Source of the DNA: Argiope bruennichi
Taxonomy: Eukaryota
DNA: 64,000 bases
Direction of reading: 5' to 3'
Assembly: GCF_947563725.1 (NCBI RefSeq)
Contig: NC_079159.1
Span: 100,049,559 to 100,113,558, forward strand
The notes under the pieces are model-generated. The model had not been told where the DNA came from, made no database searches, and worked only from the letters and a program-made list of their open reading frames with translations. How positions within the stretch are numbered: the stretch's first letter is position 1; every line of letters starts with the position of its first letter. Shown here piece by piece: positions 37,101 through 49,301 of the stretch. The translations under genes and the position numbers were made by a program.

Positions 37101-38459
37101 GATTTGTCGAAACCATGTTAACGGAGAAGGGGAGTGGGAAAATTCTGTGACCTTGAAATGCTATTTTATTTGTACAGACTATAATATATAATTAGTGAAT
37201 TTTCTTTTAGTATTTATTAATTATCAAACACTAGATTTTACCTCTTTTCATTACAGACCTCATCATTCACAATGTAATTGTACTTGTTATTCAGCTTCTG
37301 TATTTAATTAGGTATCTCTATTTTTATTCCTTGAAAGAAAATAGTTATTTGAACTATATAATTTAAGTGTTTTTTTAATTGATCAAGATTATCACAAAAG
37401 CATAGATAAAAATTAGTAAGAAAGAAAGATAAATAGAACTTGTTTGTAAAGAAATTAGACTGTACTCAGTGTTGAGTAATTTGGTTTGTTTAATGTTGTA
37501 ATTGCCAAAGCCTCAAGTTCTGTTGTGCTGCCTCGTCTTGGCAGAAGGAATATTTGTTGAGGATTGCTCAAGGTGTGAAAGCCATTCCACTTTACCCAGT
37601 TAAAGAGAGCTGACACTTGGAGCTAAGTCAGTCTTCTTCCTTGATGCCCTATGTTTTAACCATTTGAAAATGTTCTTTTCTGACTCCATGATTTTGGCAA
37701 TTTATGAATTTATAGAGATGATCTAGCAAAGGTAGACTATCTATGACTAGTAAGAGTTTGAATAACCATCTGTAACTAGTAATTTATAAGTTTATCTTTG
37801 TATTAAGAAGTAAAGGCTGATTTTTAGTTTTACTGAGCTATCAAAATATTAATCCAGGCTCAATTTTTCTTTACAGAATTTTAAAGGTCCAATCTGCTTT
37901 TGTATTTTTGAATGTACAGAAACCCTGTGCTTCCTTGAACAATATTCAAAATTATGTTCCTATTAAAATTATATTAGTTGAAGGATCATTTTTTGAGGTA
38001 ATTTGTTTATTCCATTTTTATGAATTTCAAATGATTATTTATCTTTTTTTTAAAAAAAATATAAGGATATGCTTGCATTTTTAAAACATTAAATATTTTT
38101 ATGCATGTCTGCAAACTTCTCTTAATTGCATTTAATTTAGTAATTGCATTTTCTTAATTATAATTATTTCTAATATTATACAAAACTGCATATTTATCAC
38201 TTTTTTGTAAAATATCTTATATGTTGAAAATTTATAAAATATTGTCATATATGTATTGTACATCATAGAAAAATTTTATTTGAAAATTTAACTTAACATC
38301 TTGAAGTGTATTGAAAATTTATAGCATTTGACAATACTGAGCCAAAAATTTATGCAATTGGTAGATTTATTACTTATTTAACTATTTAGTGACTTTTAAC
38401 TATTTTCATTATTAGCTACCCTTGTCAAACAGTTAGTTCTCTGGGGAAATTGGTTGTGT

Positions 38460-38900
38460 TTACTTTCAATTAAGTTTCTTATGCATAATTTAATGTTCAT
38501 GATTCTGCCGATAACATATTTTTAAGCATTAATTTGTGACAAATATTAAAGCTGTACCTTATATCTTTTATTATGTATGCAATTCCTAAAGAATCAAGTC
38601 TCATGATATCATAATACTATTAAATACTGTCTGAATAATCTATCATTTAATTTCCTTTTACTATAACTTAAGTTCCTTATACTCATATAAACTACATAGA
38701 TATTAAACAGAATCTTTTTTCCTTAGCAAAATGGAAGAAAATCAGGCAATTAAATATTTGGTGCAATAATGAAAATCGTTTTAATTTCAAAACAATAACA
38801 AAATTTATTGTTGGTTGTTGTAAAAAATATTTTTTTAAAGTTATCAAATAAAAAAAAACTGCACAACATTTCTGTTAAAAAACCAAAATTTTAAATTAAA
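38460..38900 (+). repeat. Dispersed AT-rich repeat family, copy R3 (5-prime truncated)
   Basis: catgattctgccgataac, ctcatgatatcataatact and aaaatggaagaaaatcaggcaattaaatatttggtgcaataatgaaaatcgttttaatttcaaaacaataac blocks shared with R1 and R2. Confidence 0.45.
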
Positions 38901-39681
38901 AATAAAAATTAGTACAAAATTTAAAAAATAAAATAAATTATAACAATACTCGTGGGAGTTTTCACAGAAAAATGCTAAAATAATTAAAAATTGCTAATTT
39001 CTAACTAATTAAAATTTTGAAAAACTTGCTCTAAGTTCCACATTATCAATTTCCAAATATGATGTTTCTGTCAATTTATAATATTAAATTTATTTTGAAA
39101 CTGATTTTATTAATTTCTTTGTTAGTAACTAATTTTTTTTTCTCTTTGAAATATGAATGTCAAAATATGATATGAGGTTTTAAGGGATGTTATTTTTACT
39201 TATTAGACTTATCTACAAATTAATATATTGTCTGTTTTTTTATTTATTAAATTTTTTTTTTCAATTTATGTACCTTTATACTTTAAATTTGACATAATAA
39301 ATAATAATATAGTATATTGCTTTCATGAATTCAATATTTAAAATAACATGAAAAGAAAATGTCATTGCTTTTTGGAAGTGTAAATTAAGATGTTGATGTA
39401 GAAAATTTTATCTTTTGATTTATTTATCATCCATATTAGATTTTATAATTTTTTTCCTGTTAAATAATAGTATCTTATTATATAAAATTCTCCAATTTAT
39501 GATACTCTATAAATATCAGATATCACCCAAGGATAAGATTATATTACATATGCTCTTTTTAATCTGTTTGATCATTAATATGTTCTGCATTTTCTAAAGA
39601 TAATAATTTCAAATAATATATGGTTAAATTCAAATGTTTTGATTTTATATTATTATTATAAGGATGAATATTTCTTTGTAG

Positions 39682-39932
39682 ATAGTAAAGAAAGACCTGT
39701 GTACTTGCTGGCATGAAGAAAATAAAATTCTGTTAGATAACTTTTCAATAATTATTCTCCAGTCATCAAATTGCTTCAATGACTTGTGTTCTAATTCAAA
39801 GAAAATCTATTCAAATTTTTTGAAAAATGTTTCTGAATTGGCTTATGTAATTCAGACATCTGGTACAACTGGAGAACCAAAGATTATACAAGTGCCTCAC
39901 AACTGTATTGTACCAAATGTTTTAGATCTGAA
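39682..39932 (+). CDS. AASDH-like: AASDH-like exon carrying the adenylation-domain core motif A3: …KNVSELAYVIQTSGTTGEPKIIQVPHNCIVPNVLDL(K)
   Basis: AYVIQTSGTTGEPKII parallels human AASDH LAYVLHTSGTTGIPKIVRVPHKCIVPNIQ and the ANL-superfamily motif (Y/F)xxYTSGTTGxPKG. Donor aa|gtaagt at 39933. The 5-prime boundary is ambiguous: the acceptor is at 39680-39681, or in frame at 39761-39762. Confidence 0.75.
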
Positions 39933-41497
39933 GTAAGTATTTCATTTTTGTAACTATGTCATGCATAACTATTATTATGGTTTTTTTTATTTAATAGCTT
40001 TGTACAAATAAAGATAATACTGTTGAAATATATCTAGAGTTTATTTTAAAAAATCAGTATTCCTATTTATGTAACATTAAATCATGCGACCTTAAATTTC
40101 ATATGGGAATTAAGGGCTTCAAAATTTAATTTAAAAAAATCTGATAATCTTGATGTTATAAAGTCTCTCAAAAATTTATTTTTTAAAGAAATTAATTGTG
40201 ATATAAAAGTAATTCTGTAGTTTGAATATTTATAACATATAATTATAAATTGAAATCATTTGCCAAAATTCAGAAAATTAATAAATCCCTAATAAATATC
40301 TTTCATAAAATAATGAATATCTTCAAATAAGATTACAATAGTTTAATAATGGCCATGAGCACCGACTGGTGATAATTTTTATGTATTTTTATTATATTAT
40401 GGATTTAGTTATTTGATATTTCAAGCAACATTAAATTGATGACCTCAAGACAATGTGATCCATAGACTGTTAAATTTAAAATTCATTTGTTTTTCAAACA
40501 TTAACCTGTGAAAAATGATTTTGATATATATATCCAGTATATTTCCATGTATAATAGAAGAGTTTTTGGAATTTCTATGGGGAGGGCTTATATATGTATC
40601 TGGTAATCTCACAAAAACATTGATACATTTTAATTAGCTGGGCCTAAGTGATGAATTGCTGAAAATCGTAAAATATAGTTTATTTTATTTCTATTGTTTA
40701 TATTTCTTAAGAAAAATTCATTTTAAATTAAATGAGTTATTGTGCCTTTGAAAATGAATTTTTTTACTTTTTAAATTATGATTTCTGTTTTATTGTGGTG
40801 GATAGAGAGCTTATAAAGAAAGAATGAGGATCCATGCTGCTATTAGACTACAAAGACTATTACTATAGTTTGAAATTCACCATATAAGAATTTTTCTTCT
40901 CACTTATCTTTCAAATAAAAAATAAATGGCATAGAAAATAAAACTAGCGTAGATTATAAGCAAGATTGTAATGAATGGGAAAAAAGTTAAAATTATCATC
41001 ATTGGTATCATTTCTGATTTATTTTATAGCATCATGATTGGAAAATGTTCCACCTGTTTTACATACCGAGCAATATTTTCACCCTCATGGTGACATACTT
41101 GAAAGTCACAGGATTACTTTTTAAAATTTAATTTCGTCTTATATATGGGTTTTGAATTTAGGTAAATTTTTGAAGAAAAAAATTTTCTTAATGTATATAT
41201 GAATAAGATTATATTAGAAAATATATGATATATTTAATATTTTTTAATCAAAGATTTTATTAATAATCAATCATTTTATTTCTTCCTTATTTATCTTTGA
41301 AAAAAAAAGGCCAGTAAGTAGGTTTAGTAAAGGCCAAGATTATTTTTGCATTTTTTGAAGAAATATACCTATAATGCATTTTAAAATGTATATTAATTTA
41401 CCTTTAAATATATATGTGCAAGTTATCTATGTATATATGTATGTGTTATCATACTTTATAATTAACCATATTTTTATTTAACCTATTTCTCTTTTAG

Positions 41498-41687
41498 ACG
41501 AAAATTCAATATTACTTCAGAAGATAGAGTGATGTTATGCTCACCATTAACGTTTGATCCTAGCATTATTGAAATCTTCCTTGCTGTTTCAGCTGGCTGT
41601 ACTTTGATAATCATACCTAATCAGTTGAAAAGTATCCCAAGAAAACTCAGTGAAGTCATCATTAATAGCAAAGTTACTGTACTTCAG
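41498..41687 (+). CDS. AASDH-like: AASDH-like exon, A4-A5 region: (K)RKFNITSEDRVMLCSPLTFDPSIIEIFLAVSAGCTLIIIPNQLKSIPRKLSEVIINSKVTVLQ
   Basis: Acceptor ctcttttag. TFDPS motif. Parallels human FDITQEDVLFLASPLTFDPSVVEIFLALSSGASLLIVPTSVKLLPSKLASVLFSHHRVTVLQ. Donor cag|gtagat. Confidence 0.85.
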
Positions 41688-41986
41688 GTAGATAACAATT
41701 CAAAAAATACAACTAAAACTATAATTTGACTGCTGTTTTGTAAAGTAACAAAATTTTCTTATATAATAGTTAAGAAAAAAGATTTAAAAAACATTTTATT
41801 TTCTTAATAGCTCCATGTACCAGATTTTTCTGAGAAAAATGTAGATTATTTTTAAATATCTTTTATGATTTTTGTAAATGGCTTTTTTTTCCTCCTTAAA
41901 ATATTTCTTTGTTATTTTGTTTGGGTTTTCTCTTTCATTTTTTAAAATTTGTATTTATTTATTTTACCCTTTTTTTTAATTTCTAG

Positions 41987-42213
41987 GCTACTCCAACTCT
42001 TATTCAGAGTCTTGGAGATGATTTTATAAAAGGTGTTCTTTTATCGGAGAATTCTAATTTACGAATTTTGGCTTTTGGTGGTGAACCTTGTCCTTCCATA
42101 GATAAAATAAAAAGGTGGAAAGCTAAAAATAATAAAACAAAAATTTTTAACCTTTATGGATTAACAGAAGTTTCTTGTTGGGCAACATGTTTTGAAATAA
42201 ACTTAGAAAAAAA
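41987..42213 (+). CDS. AASDH-like: AASDH-like exon: ATPTLIQSLGDDFIKGVLLSENSNLRILAFGGEPCPSIDKIKRWKAKNNKTKIFNLYGLTEVSCWATCFEINLEK(K)
   Basis: Acceptor ttctag. FGGE and YGxTE adenylation motifs. Parallels human ATPTLLRRFG…LRVLALGGEAFPS…IFNVYGITEVSSWATIYRIPEK. Donor aa|gtaagt (phase 2). Confidence 0.85.
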
Positions 42214-45200
42214 GTAAGTGAAATAACAAGATTATCCATTGTTCAGTTTTAATTAATATAGGATTGATGTGAAAATTATTAAAAAAATACTTTTCAACTT
42301 TAATAATTGGAAAAAGTAGAAGAATTAATATAATAATTAGGGGATTTTCCAAATCAGCTAATTAGTATACTGATTCTACCAATTTCTACAATTATTATTA
42401 AATATTTATAAGCCCCTTTCCAATTCCTAGTTACTCTGACCAACCTTAACACACTTAAATCAAGTTACTTTCCAAATAATAGAGATGCTTGAATTTAAAT
42501 TTATCTTTATGTTAAGTATTTTTCATGATTGTCTATATATTTTGCAGGTAATATAGTTAAAACTTACTTGAAATAATTGAACTTTTTAAAATGATTTGAC
42601 ATATTCCTTGTATATGAATAAAATATGATTGATTAATTTTGCTTAGTTGTAATGGAGCAATTGTAAACTTTTTGAAAATTTGATTACAAGTTACTGTGTT
42701 ATGTAATGAAGTAATTGTAGCTGCATATTTTATTCAATTTCATATAAAGAATTTGCCTTTATTTTTTTTATTTGAATGGCAATTAATAATCTTAGGAATT
42801 TTGAGACTATAATGAAACAAAATAACTGCTATTGTGCATTTTGTTGATGTTGGTACCAGAAATGATTTGTAAACCTCACATTAATTATTGACTCATTTGT
42901 GTTCCTTTGCCTTCTTTGAATTAAACCTGTGAAAGTGCATTCTTCAAAACTTTCTTGTAAATTTTATAATAAAGATGATATCTCAGAGAACATCTTGAAT
43001 GGTATTTGCATATAATAGTTATGAAATAATAAAAATTTGACATGGCTTTAGCATTTTTTTTAAATCTGAGCTATCTTTCATGGGTTTTTTGGTAAAGAAT
43101 CCTTTGCATGCAGTTAATAGTATTCGAAAATCAAATTTTTGTTTTTGATGGGTTTTTCCTAATAAATTGAAACAAAAATTTAACACACTACTAGAGTTGT
43201 GGTCATAAAATTCCATACCAAGTTTTGTTTTTGAATTATCTTATTTACATTTTTTTAAAATTACAGTCTGACAGATGGTCAACCATTTGTTGGATTTGGC
43301 TCAAAATTTGGTAGGTGTCTGTACTAAAAATGTTAAATTTGTGTACCGAATTTTGTCTTCTTTCTTTGATTTGTAGTCATTCTATTAACTTATATTTGAA
43401 CAGCTGGACAGACAGGTTTTGCCTGAATGGATTTTACACAAAATTTGATAGAAATCTATAAATTAGGTGTAAAAACCATGTGCAAAATTTCATCCATATT
43501 CCTCAAAGTGTTTTTGAGTTATCTTTGTGACAGACAAACAAACAGACAAGTATGACACCAAAAATGTATTTTTTGAACTCAGAAAAATCTGAAATGTTGA
43601 GATTCATCAAAATCTTGAGTTTGAATTTTTTTGATGATTACAGTACTTTCTCTATACTTGTTATATGAAAAACTAAAAAGTTATGTTTATGGCTTAAATT
43701 AGATTGTGGTTAAAATATATATTCCTAATTTAATTTAGTTAAATTTTAGCTACTCTTTTGTTTTTCATATTCAGAATTTTTCTGTGATTCATTTGAATAT
43801 GGGATTCTTATGGATCTGTTTATGGTCTGTTTCAAGTTTGTTTTAGAAAATAAAATATTATATTCTTAAATTGAAAGAAAAAGTTAAACTTGGTAAGAAT
43901 TCTGTATGGTCCTTTGAAAAGAGATCCTCTCTTTGCAAAATCCGGAGTTTACTAAATGCCATCGTTTGCCATTGAGCATATCGTGTTTAGTTGTATTAAA
44001 TGGAAATTTTAGTTAAGAATGTGTAAGAAATCTATAACGTTTTTATTATGCCCTTCAAAAATTTCATGATAATTTTCAAAACTTTTCTACATTTCAAACT
44101 GTAATTAAAATATTCTTGATATATGATATGTATATTCTATAAAGTGAAGACCCTAAATTTTCTTTTTGAAGGGAAAAAAAAACTAACTAACCTACTTTCA
44201 AATTTAGTTGAAATTTTAAAATAATATATCAAGAAGTAGTATGTCTTAGTGATGCTGGCCTAAGACCCTTCTGAAATTAAAGTATAAATAAATTTACACA
44301 AACAAATATTATCTTATTTGTACTTTGGATATAGTTAATTTAAATGATATTCAACATCTTTTCCTCGACTCTTTTTATTAAATCTTATTGCAACTGAAAA
44401 GTGTTCACATATAATGAATTTTATGTGGAGGAATTTGTGCTCAGAATAATTAATTGTATGATGTCAAATATTTATAAGGATTAAATTATAAGTTTGTAAA
44501 ATGCTTGTAATGATTTGATCTCAAGTACAGTTTCACATATGAAGTAATTTTTTTCTTTGTTGCACATGCCATTTACATTAAAGTAATGATATTGTTTTTA
44601 ATATATTTAAGTACTAACTGCCTGTGGTGACCAGTTGGTTTGACTAAAATATAGACTGTACTTGATTTTATGTAAATCTCTGATGCATAAATTACTATTC
44701 AGTATCAAATTACAGAGTATTCAGTTCAGTAGAGTATTTTTATTTTAAGATAATTGTTTAATTAGCTTTATTTTAGGTGCTTGCATCTACCCAGCTGTTT
44801 GTGTGCATGAACCTACCTAATAAAGTTAAATCACATGTCCAAATCTTATGAAAATTGTAAATGTCTGCATGGTCCATCATTTAGTTCAACTTAACCTGAT
44901 CTAGTATTGTATCTTCATTTTCTCATTTCTCTTCAAATTGGTAGGGCATAATTTAGATATATTATGTGAGCATATTCAGTAGAACTTTATTTGCGCAATC
45001 TAATCAAAAAATTAAAGAACAATAAATATAACCATTCAGCATAGCAATTTTATTTTGTGGTAAATTTGATGTTATAGTGTGCTATATTTTTAGATTCCAT
45101 ACACACAAAAAATGGTATAATTAAAAATGGAACTTTTGAATTTTAAAATTATATATATATATAAACGACTATAACTGAATATAATAGTTATAAATTAATT

Positions 45201-45230
45201 TTAAAGAACTTATTTGTTATAAAATTAAAG

Positions 45231-45310
45231 GTACCATTTGCCATCTATTCCTTTGGGTGAACCTCTTTTGGATACAGTTATTGAAATCATTGATGGTGAA
45301 CTTTCTGTGG
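45231..45310 (+). CDS. AASDH-like: AASDH-like exon: (K)YHLPSIPLGEPLLDTVIEIIDGELSV(G)
   Basis: Phase is consistent. IPLGEPLLDTVIEIID parallels human LGFPLLGTVVEVRD and the A-domain PIGxPxxNT motif. Donor tgg|gtaagc. Confidence 0.75.
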
Positions 45311-46872
45311 GTAAGCATTCTAACTAATCTAATATTAATTAATTTGCCAAATTTTTACTGAAACATTTGTTTTATTTATTTAAAGTCACTATTTTTTATT
45401 ACAATTATTTTTTAAATGTTTACTTGCTGTTTCCAATATTAAATTTTCATGAAAATACAATCTATTTTTCTTTTTTAGTAAAAATTTTACTACTTAAATT
45501 CTTAAATGTAGTTTTTGTGTATAAATGAATCTTATTTTTCATACTTTGTTTCGCATGAATTAAGTATAGAATTTTCTTAAAAAGTAAAGCAGAGGTCTTA
45601 TATATATATATATATTACTGCTAATTTCATATTGAAAGCTGTTTTAAAGCAATCAATTTATTTAATACACTATGACAAATTATTATGACCACCATATATC
45701 CTATTCAAATGTCCAAGAAAGGTTTGCATGAATTGCATTGGAGCTAGTCATAAGCTTGAACAAGATAACCCATGATGTCCTACAAAATAGAGTTGCCAAG
45801 ACAATAGAGCAATTGTAGATCATACATCTGAACTCTGAGGGGATTTAATCATTATTTTATGGTAGGAAGACCTTGTCATGCTGGAATTTTTTACAATTTG
45901 GGAAAAAAACATACACACTCAATGGACAGATATAGTTGACTAGATGTTAGTGATGTTCAGATTGTCCTCAGCTTTCAATTCATTCTATAAAATAATCATA
46001 TGAACCATTTTCCACACTGTAATTAAATTACTACCAACTGAATTGTATTTGCTGTTCATCAATTCAATAGATGTTTTGTGGCCAACAATGAATTTTGTTA
46101 CTACCATTGATACCAAAAATGGTTTAATCAAGCTAGGCAATACTTTTCTATTGTTCAGGGCTCTGATAACAATGCTCATGTGCATATTGTTAATATAAAC
46201 AATGTCAAGTCCACAATGGATTTTGGTTTGTTAACAGTAGTGGAATTCATATTTAACAGCATTCACTGACTGTGAAAGCTGCAATATGTTTAAGACATAT
46301 CTGCATTTCTTTGTATTAAAATTCATATTAAGTCAAGTGACAGAATATCAGTAAATGACTTTACAAAAAATTATATCTTGTGGAATTTAATGCAATACTT
46401 TTGCTTACTTTTTTTTCATCATAAACACTTCTATCAAGATATTTTCTATAGATATTAACAATCCTAGCATGAAAACAGCTGGGCAACTTCACCAATTATA
46501 AAGCATCTTTTTATCAAACTTGCTAAAATCTCAGCATATACTGATGATGAGAAGAGAAAAATGTTTCAGTTAATTGCGGTGATTTCCTTAAATTGATCTT
46601 CGCATTTAAAAAGTTTATATTTTTTTACACCATAAAACTGCTCCTAAGGTTTAAAAATAATGGCGGTGATAATACTTTGGTAATTCAGTATTTTGTTTAA
46701 GCAAAGAAAAATAATAATATTAGGAATAGTTGAGTGAAAAAACTAAATATTTGTATGATGAAGTAAATGGATGAAATATATTCAATTCTGTTATAATATA
46801 TATACAATACATATAATATTACAGATATATATATTAATGCATATTGCAGCTTTATGTTTTTTTTTTTTTTAG

Positions 46873-47262
46873 GAGGAGAAAAGAGATGGTGTGTGATCAA
46901 TGATGAAGAATGGCCAAATCATAAACATAAAATTATGCGTAAAACAGGAGATTATGTTATTCAAAATTCTGAGAGTTTATTATATTTTGAAAGTCGAAAA
47001 GATAATATTTTGAAGTTCAAAGGACAAAAATTATCATTATTTAGGATAAATACTATTCTTGAGAGTATTCCTAGAATCACAAATCATTTCTTGAATTTTG
47101 ATGCTGAATCTTCAAAGCTTCTACTATTTGTTGTTCTGAATGAAAAAAGCAGTTGCAAAGAAGATATAAGATATGAAGTATTGAAAACTCTCCAACAGTC
47201 TACTTCCAATCTTCCTATAATTGAAGTGATAATTGTGCCTTGCATTCCTTTAACAAAGCATG
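46873..47262 (+). CDS. AASDH-like: AASDH-like exon, A8-A10 region: (G)GEKRWCVINDEEWPNHKHKIMRKTGDYVIQNSESLLYFESRKDNILKFKGQKLSLFRINTILESIPRITNHFLNFDAESSKLLLFVVLNEKSSCKEDIRYEVLKTLQQSTSNLPIIEVIIVPCIPLTKH(G)
   Basis: Acceptor t15ag at 46871-46872. RKTGDY parallels the A8 motif (Y)RTGD. IPLTKHGKAD is completed across the splice and parallels A10 PxTxxGKxDR. Parallels human MRATGDFVTVKDGEIFFLGRKDSQIKRHGKRLN…LPFTSHGKID. Donor catg|gtatta (phase 1). Confidence 0.85.
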
Positions 47263-49185
47263 GTATTATTTTTGTTCTTAATTTTATTACTTTTCCAAAG
47301 AAATTAACATAGTTCTCTATCATGTTCTTTGTCATTTCTTTTTAATTTTCTGAGATAACAAATTACATATATCTAGAGAAATGATGAGGATTTTAGAAAT
47401 TAAATTATCACATATTTATTTATTTATAGAATCACAAATGTTATGATTCAATGACTTATGTGTTGTGTATCTAAAAATGTGTAGATGATACCTATATTTC
47501 AAGCACTACTTTGATCATTTTTAAAAATTTTAACATATATGTTATAAAATGTTTATGATAATAGTTGCATAATAGCTAATTTGTAAACAGTTAGAGATAG
47601 GCATATGCATAATAAATAAGTGAAAAGAAAAGTTTAAAGCCACTACCTTACATTATTACTTTCTATTATTTCATCATAGTTTTCATTTTTTTAATCTGAA
47701 ATAATATAGTGGTACAAAATTTCTTTACATTTGAAAAATGTGAACAGAATTTAAGATTCTTAAGATAAAAGTTATGATAATTCTTTATTCTTTTACTTTT
47801 GTAATCTGATTTATCTGATTTTATACATGATTGTGTTTATTCCATTAGAATAATCTGATTTTTCATTTTAGATTATAGGAAAATTTGCTGCCATTACAGT
47901 GTTTTTAAGAAGGATTTTTAAAAGTTTATTTATTTATTATTATTATTATTTTTTTTTTTTAGCTTTTTGTTGCATATTTTCCAAAAGCACATCAGTATAA
48001 TCTTACAAAAATCTTGTAAAAATCTTTTCAGTAGTATATGATTGTATCATCTAAATGCAAAATTTTTCATCTCATAGATGTTATGCAATATTTGAATTTT
48101 CTATTTTGTTTTTCTGATATTTTTCTTATTACTCTTGAAATAATTTAGAACATGGTTTCTTAAACTTCAGATTGTATTGACCAATAGTAGTATCATTAAA
48201 ATTTTAATAACTTTTCTCTGTTAAGATTTTTTTAAAAATATATATATATATGAGAAAAAAAAAAAAGAAGTCTAAATTTAAAAGCTTTTTTTTGTAAGTA
48301 AAATCCTGATTCATAGTGATAATGTTTTTTTCTTGATAATGCAAACTATTGCAAAACTAATTATTAATGAATTTTCAAAAATATGAAATTCATTTTTATG
48401 AAGGAAAAGGTGGAAAGAAAAAAATTACATAAACTTTCTCTAAAGTTTTATTACAAATAATGAATAATAAGAGTAAAATTCTTAATTGTTTAAAACTTTA
48501 ATACTTTTTTCCTATGTTCAATAATTATAATTTACTTTTTCTCTTAGAACCTCTTTCAAAAAGAAAATATTTGAAAATTTTGTTTTCTACATTTTTCAAA
48601 GTTTTTTTGTATTACTATTTTTCTGTAGTATAACATTAGCATTCTGTAGTATTTGAGTTACATTATACATTTGTTGCAAATATATCGATCACGTGTGAAA
48701 GTATTTACAATCCAAATAATCGATTACATTGATTATCCATGTTGTGGTATTTAATAAATATATGATCAGTTTATCCAAATTAAGGATTTTATTGACTGAG
48801 TATTGATTAATTTGAGACTTCTTGTGGAATTCTTGATTCAGAAGGAGTTGGAAATTTTGACAAAATTAAAGCCCTTTAATTTAGATTTTCATTTTTTGGA
48901 TTTATTTATTCATAATTGCTGAAAAAATTGTGTTTCCATTTATCTTTTCAGAATTTTATTTAAAATATTTAAGTATTGCACTTCAATCTTATATTTAAAA
49001 AAAAGGGAATAAATAAATAGATTAAATTTTATTACAAGAAAAAGTGATTATAAAGCAATTAGTGCAAATTTTTAATTTAATATGTTTCTCCAGATTGTTT
49101 TTGTCTTTATAATTGTGTAATGTAATGAATTTGCTCTTTTTTTTAAATTTTCATTTAAATAAGCTTCTATATATATTATTTTCAG

Positions 49186-49301
49186 GAAAAGCCGATTACA
49201 ATAAATTGATTGCACTGAAAAATTCAAGAAATCAGCTGAGAAAATTGTACCAGTTCACTTCTAATTTGGATGTTTTGAATACTCTATCTAACTTGTGGAA
49301 G
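49186..49301 (+). CDS. AASDH-like: AASDH-like exon: (G)KADYNKLIALKNSRNQLRKLYQFTSNLDVLNTLSNLWK
   Basis: Acceptor ttttcag. Continues IPLTKHG|KADYNKL, parallel to human HGKIDVSELNKIYL…LWKST. Donor aag|gttaga. Confidence 0.75.

Noticed and set aside
34154-39681. Attempted assignment of the missing AASDH A1/A2 exons. Candidates were 34289-34380 ILG|IYTGFFSSIAILLEI…, the 35128-35460 block and the 37500-37640 block
   Set aside because: Every candidate either hits an in-frame stop within a few codons in the required phase or lacks a convincing donor or acceptor. The similarity to the expected LKAGAAYVPID region is too weak to call by eye. These are left unannotated
46854-47312. 152-aa ORF starting with Met (MFFFFLGGEKRW…) as an independent gene
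   Set aside because: The Met lies inside the T-rich acceptor tract. The real exon starts at 46873 and is joined in phase to the upstream and downstream AASDH-like exons. The tail of the ORF beyond 47262 is intron read-through
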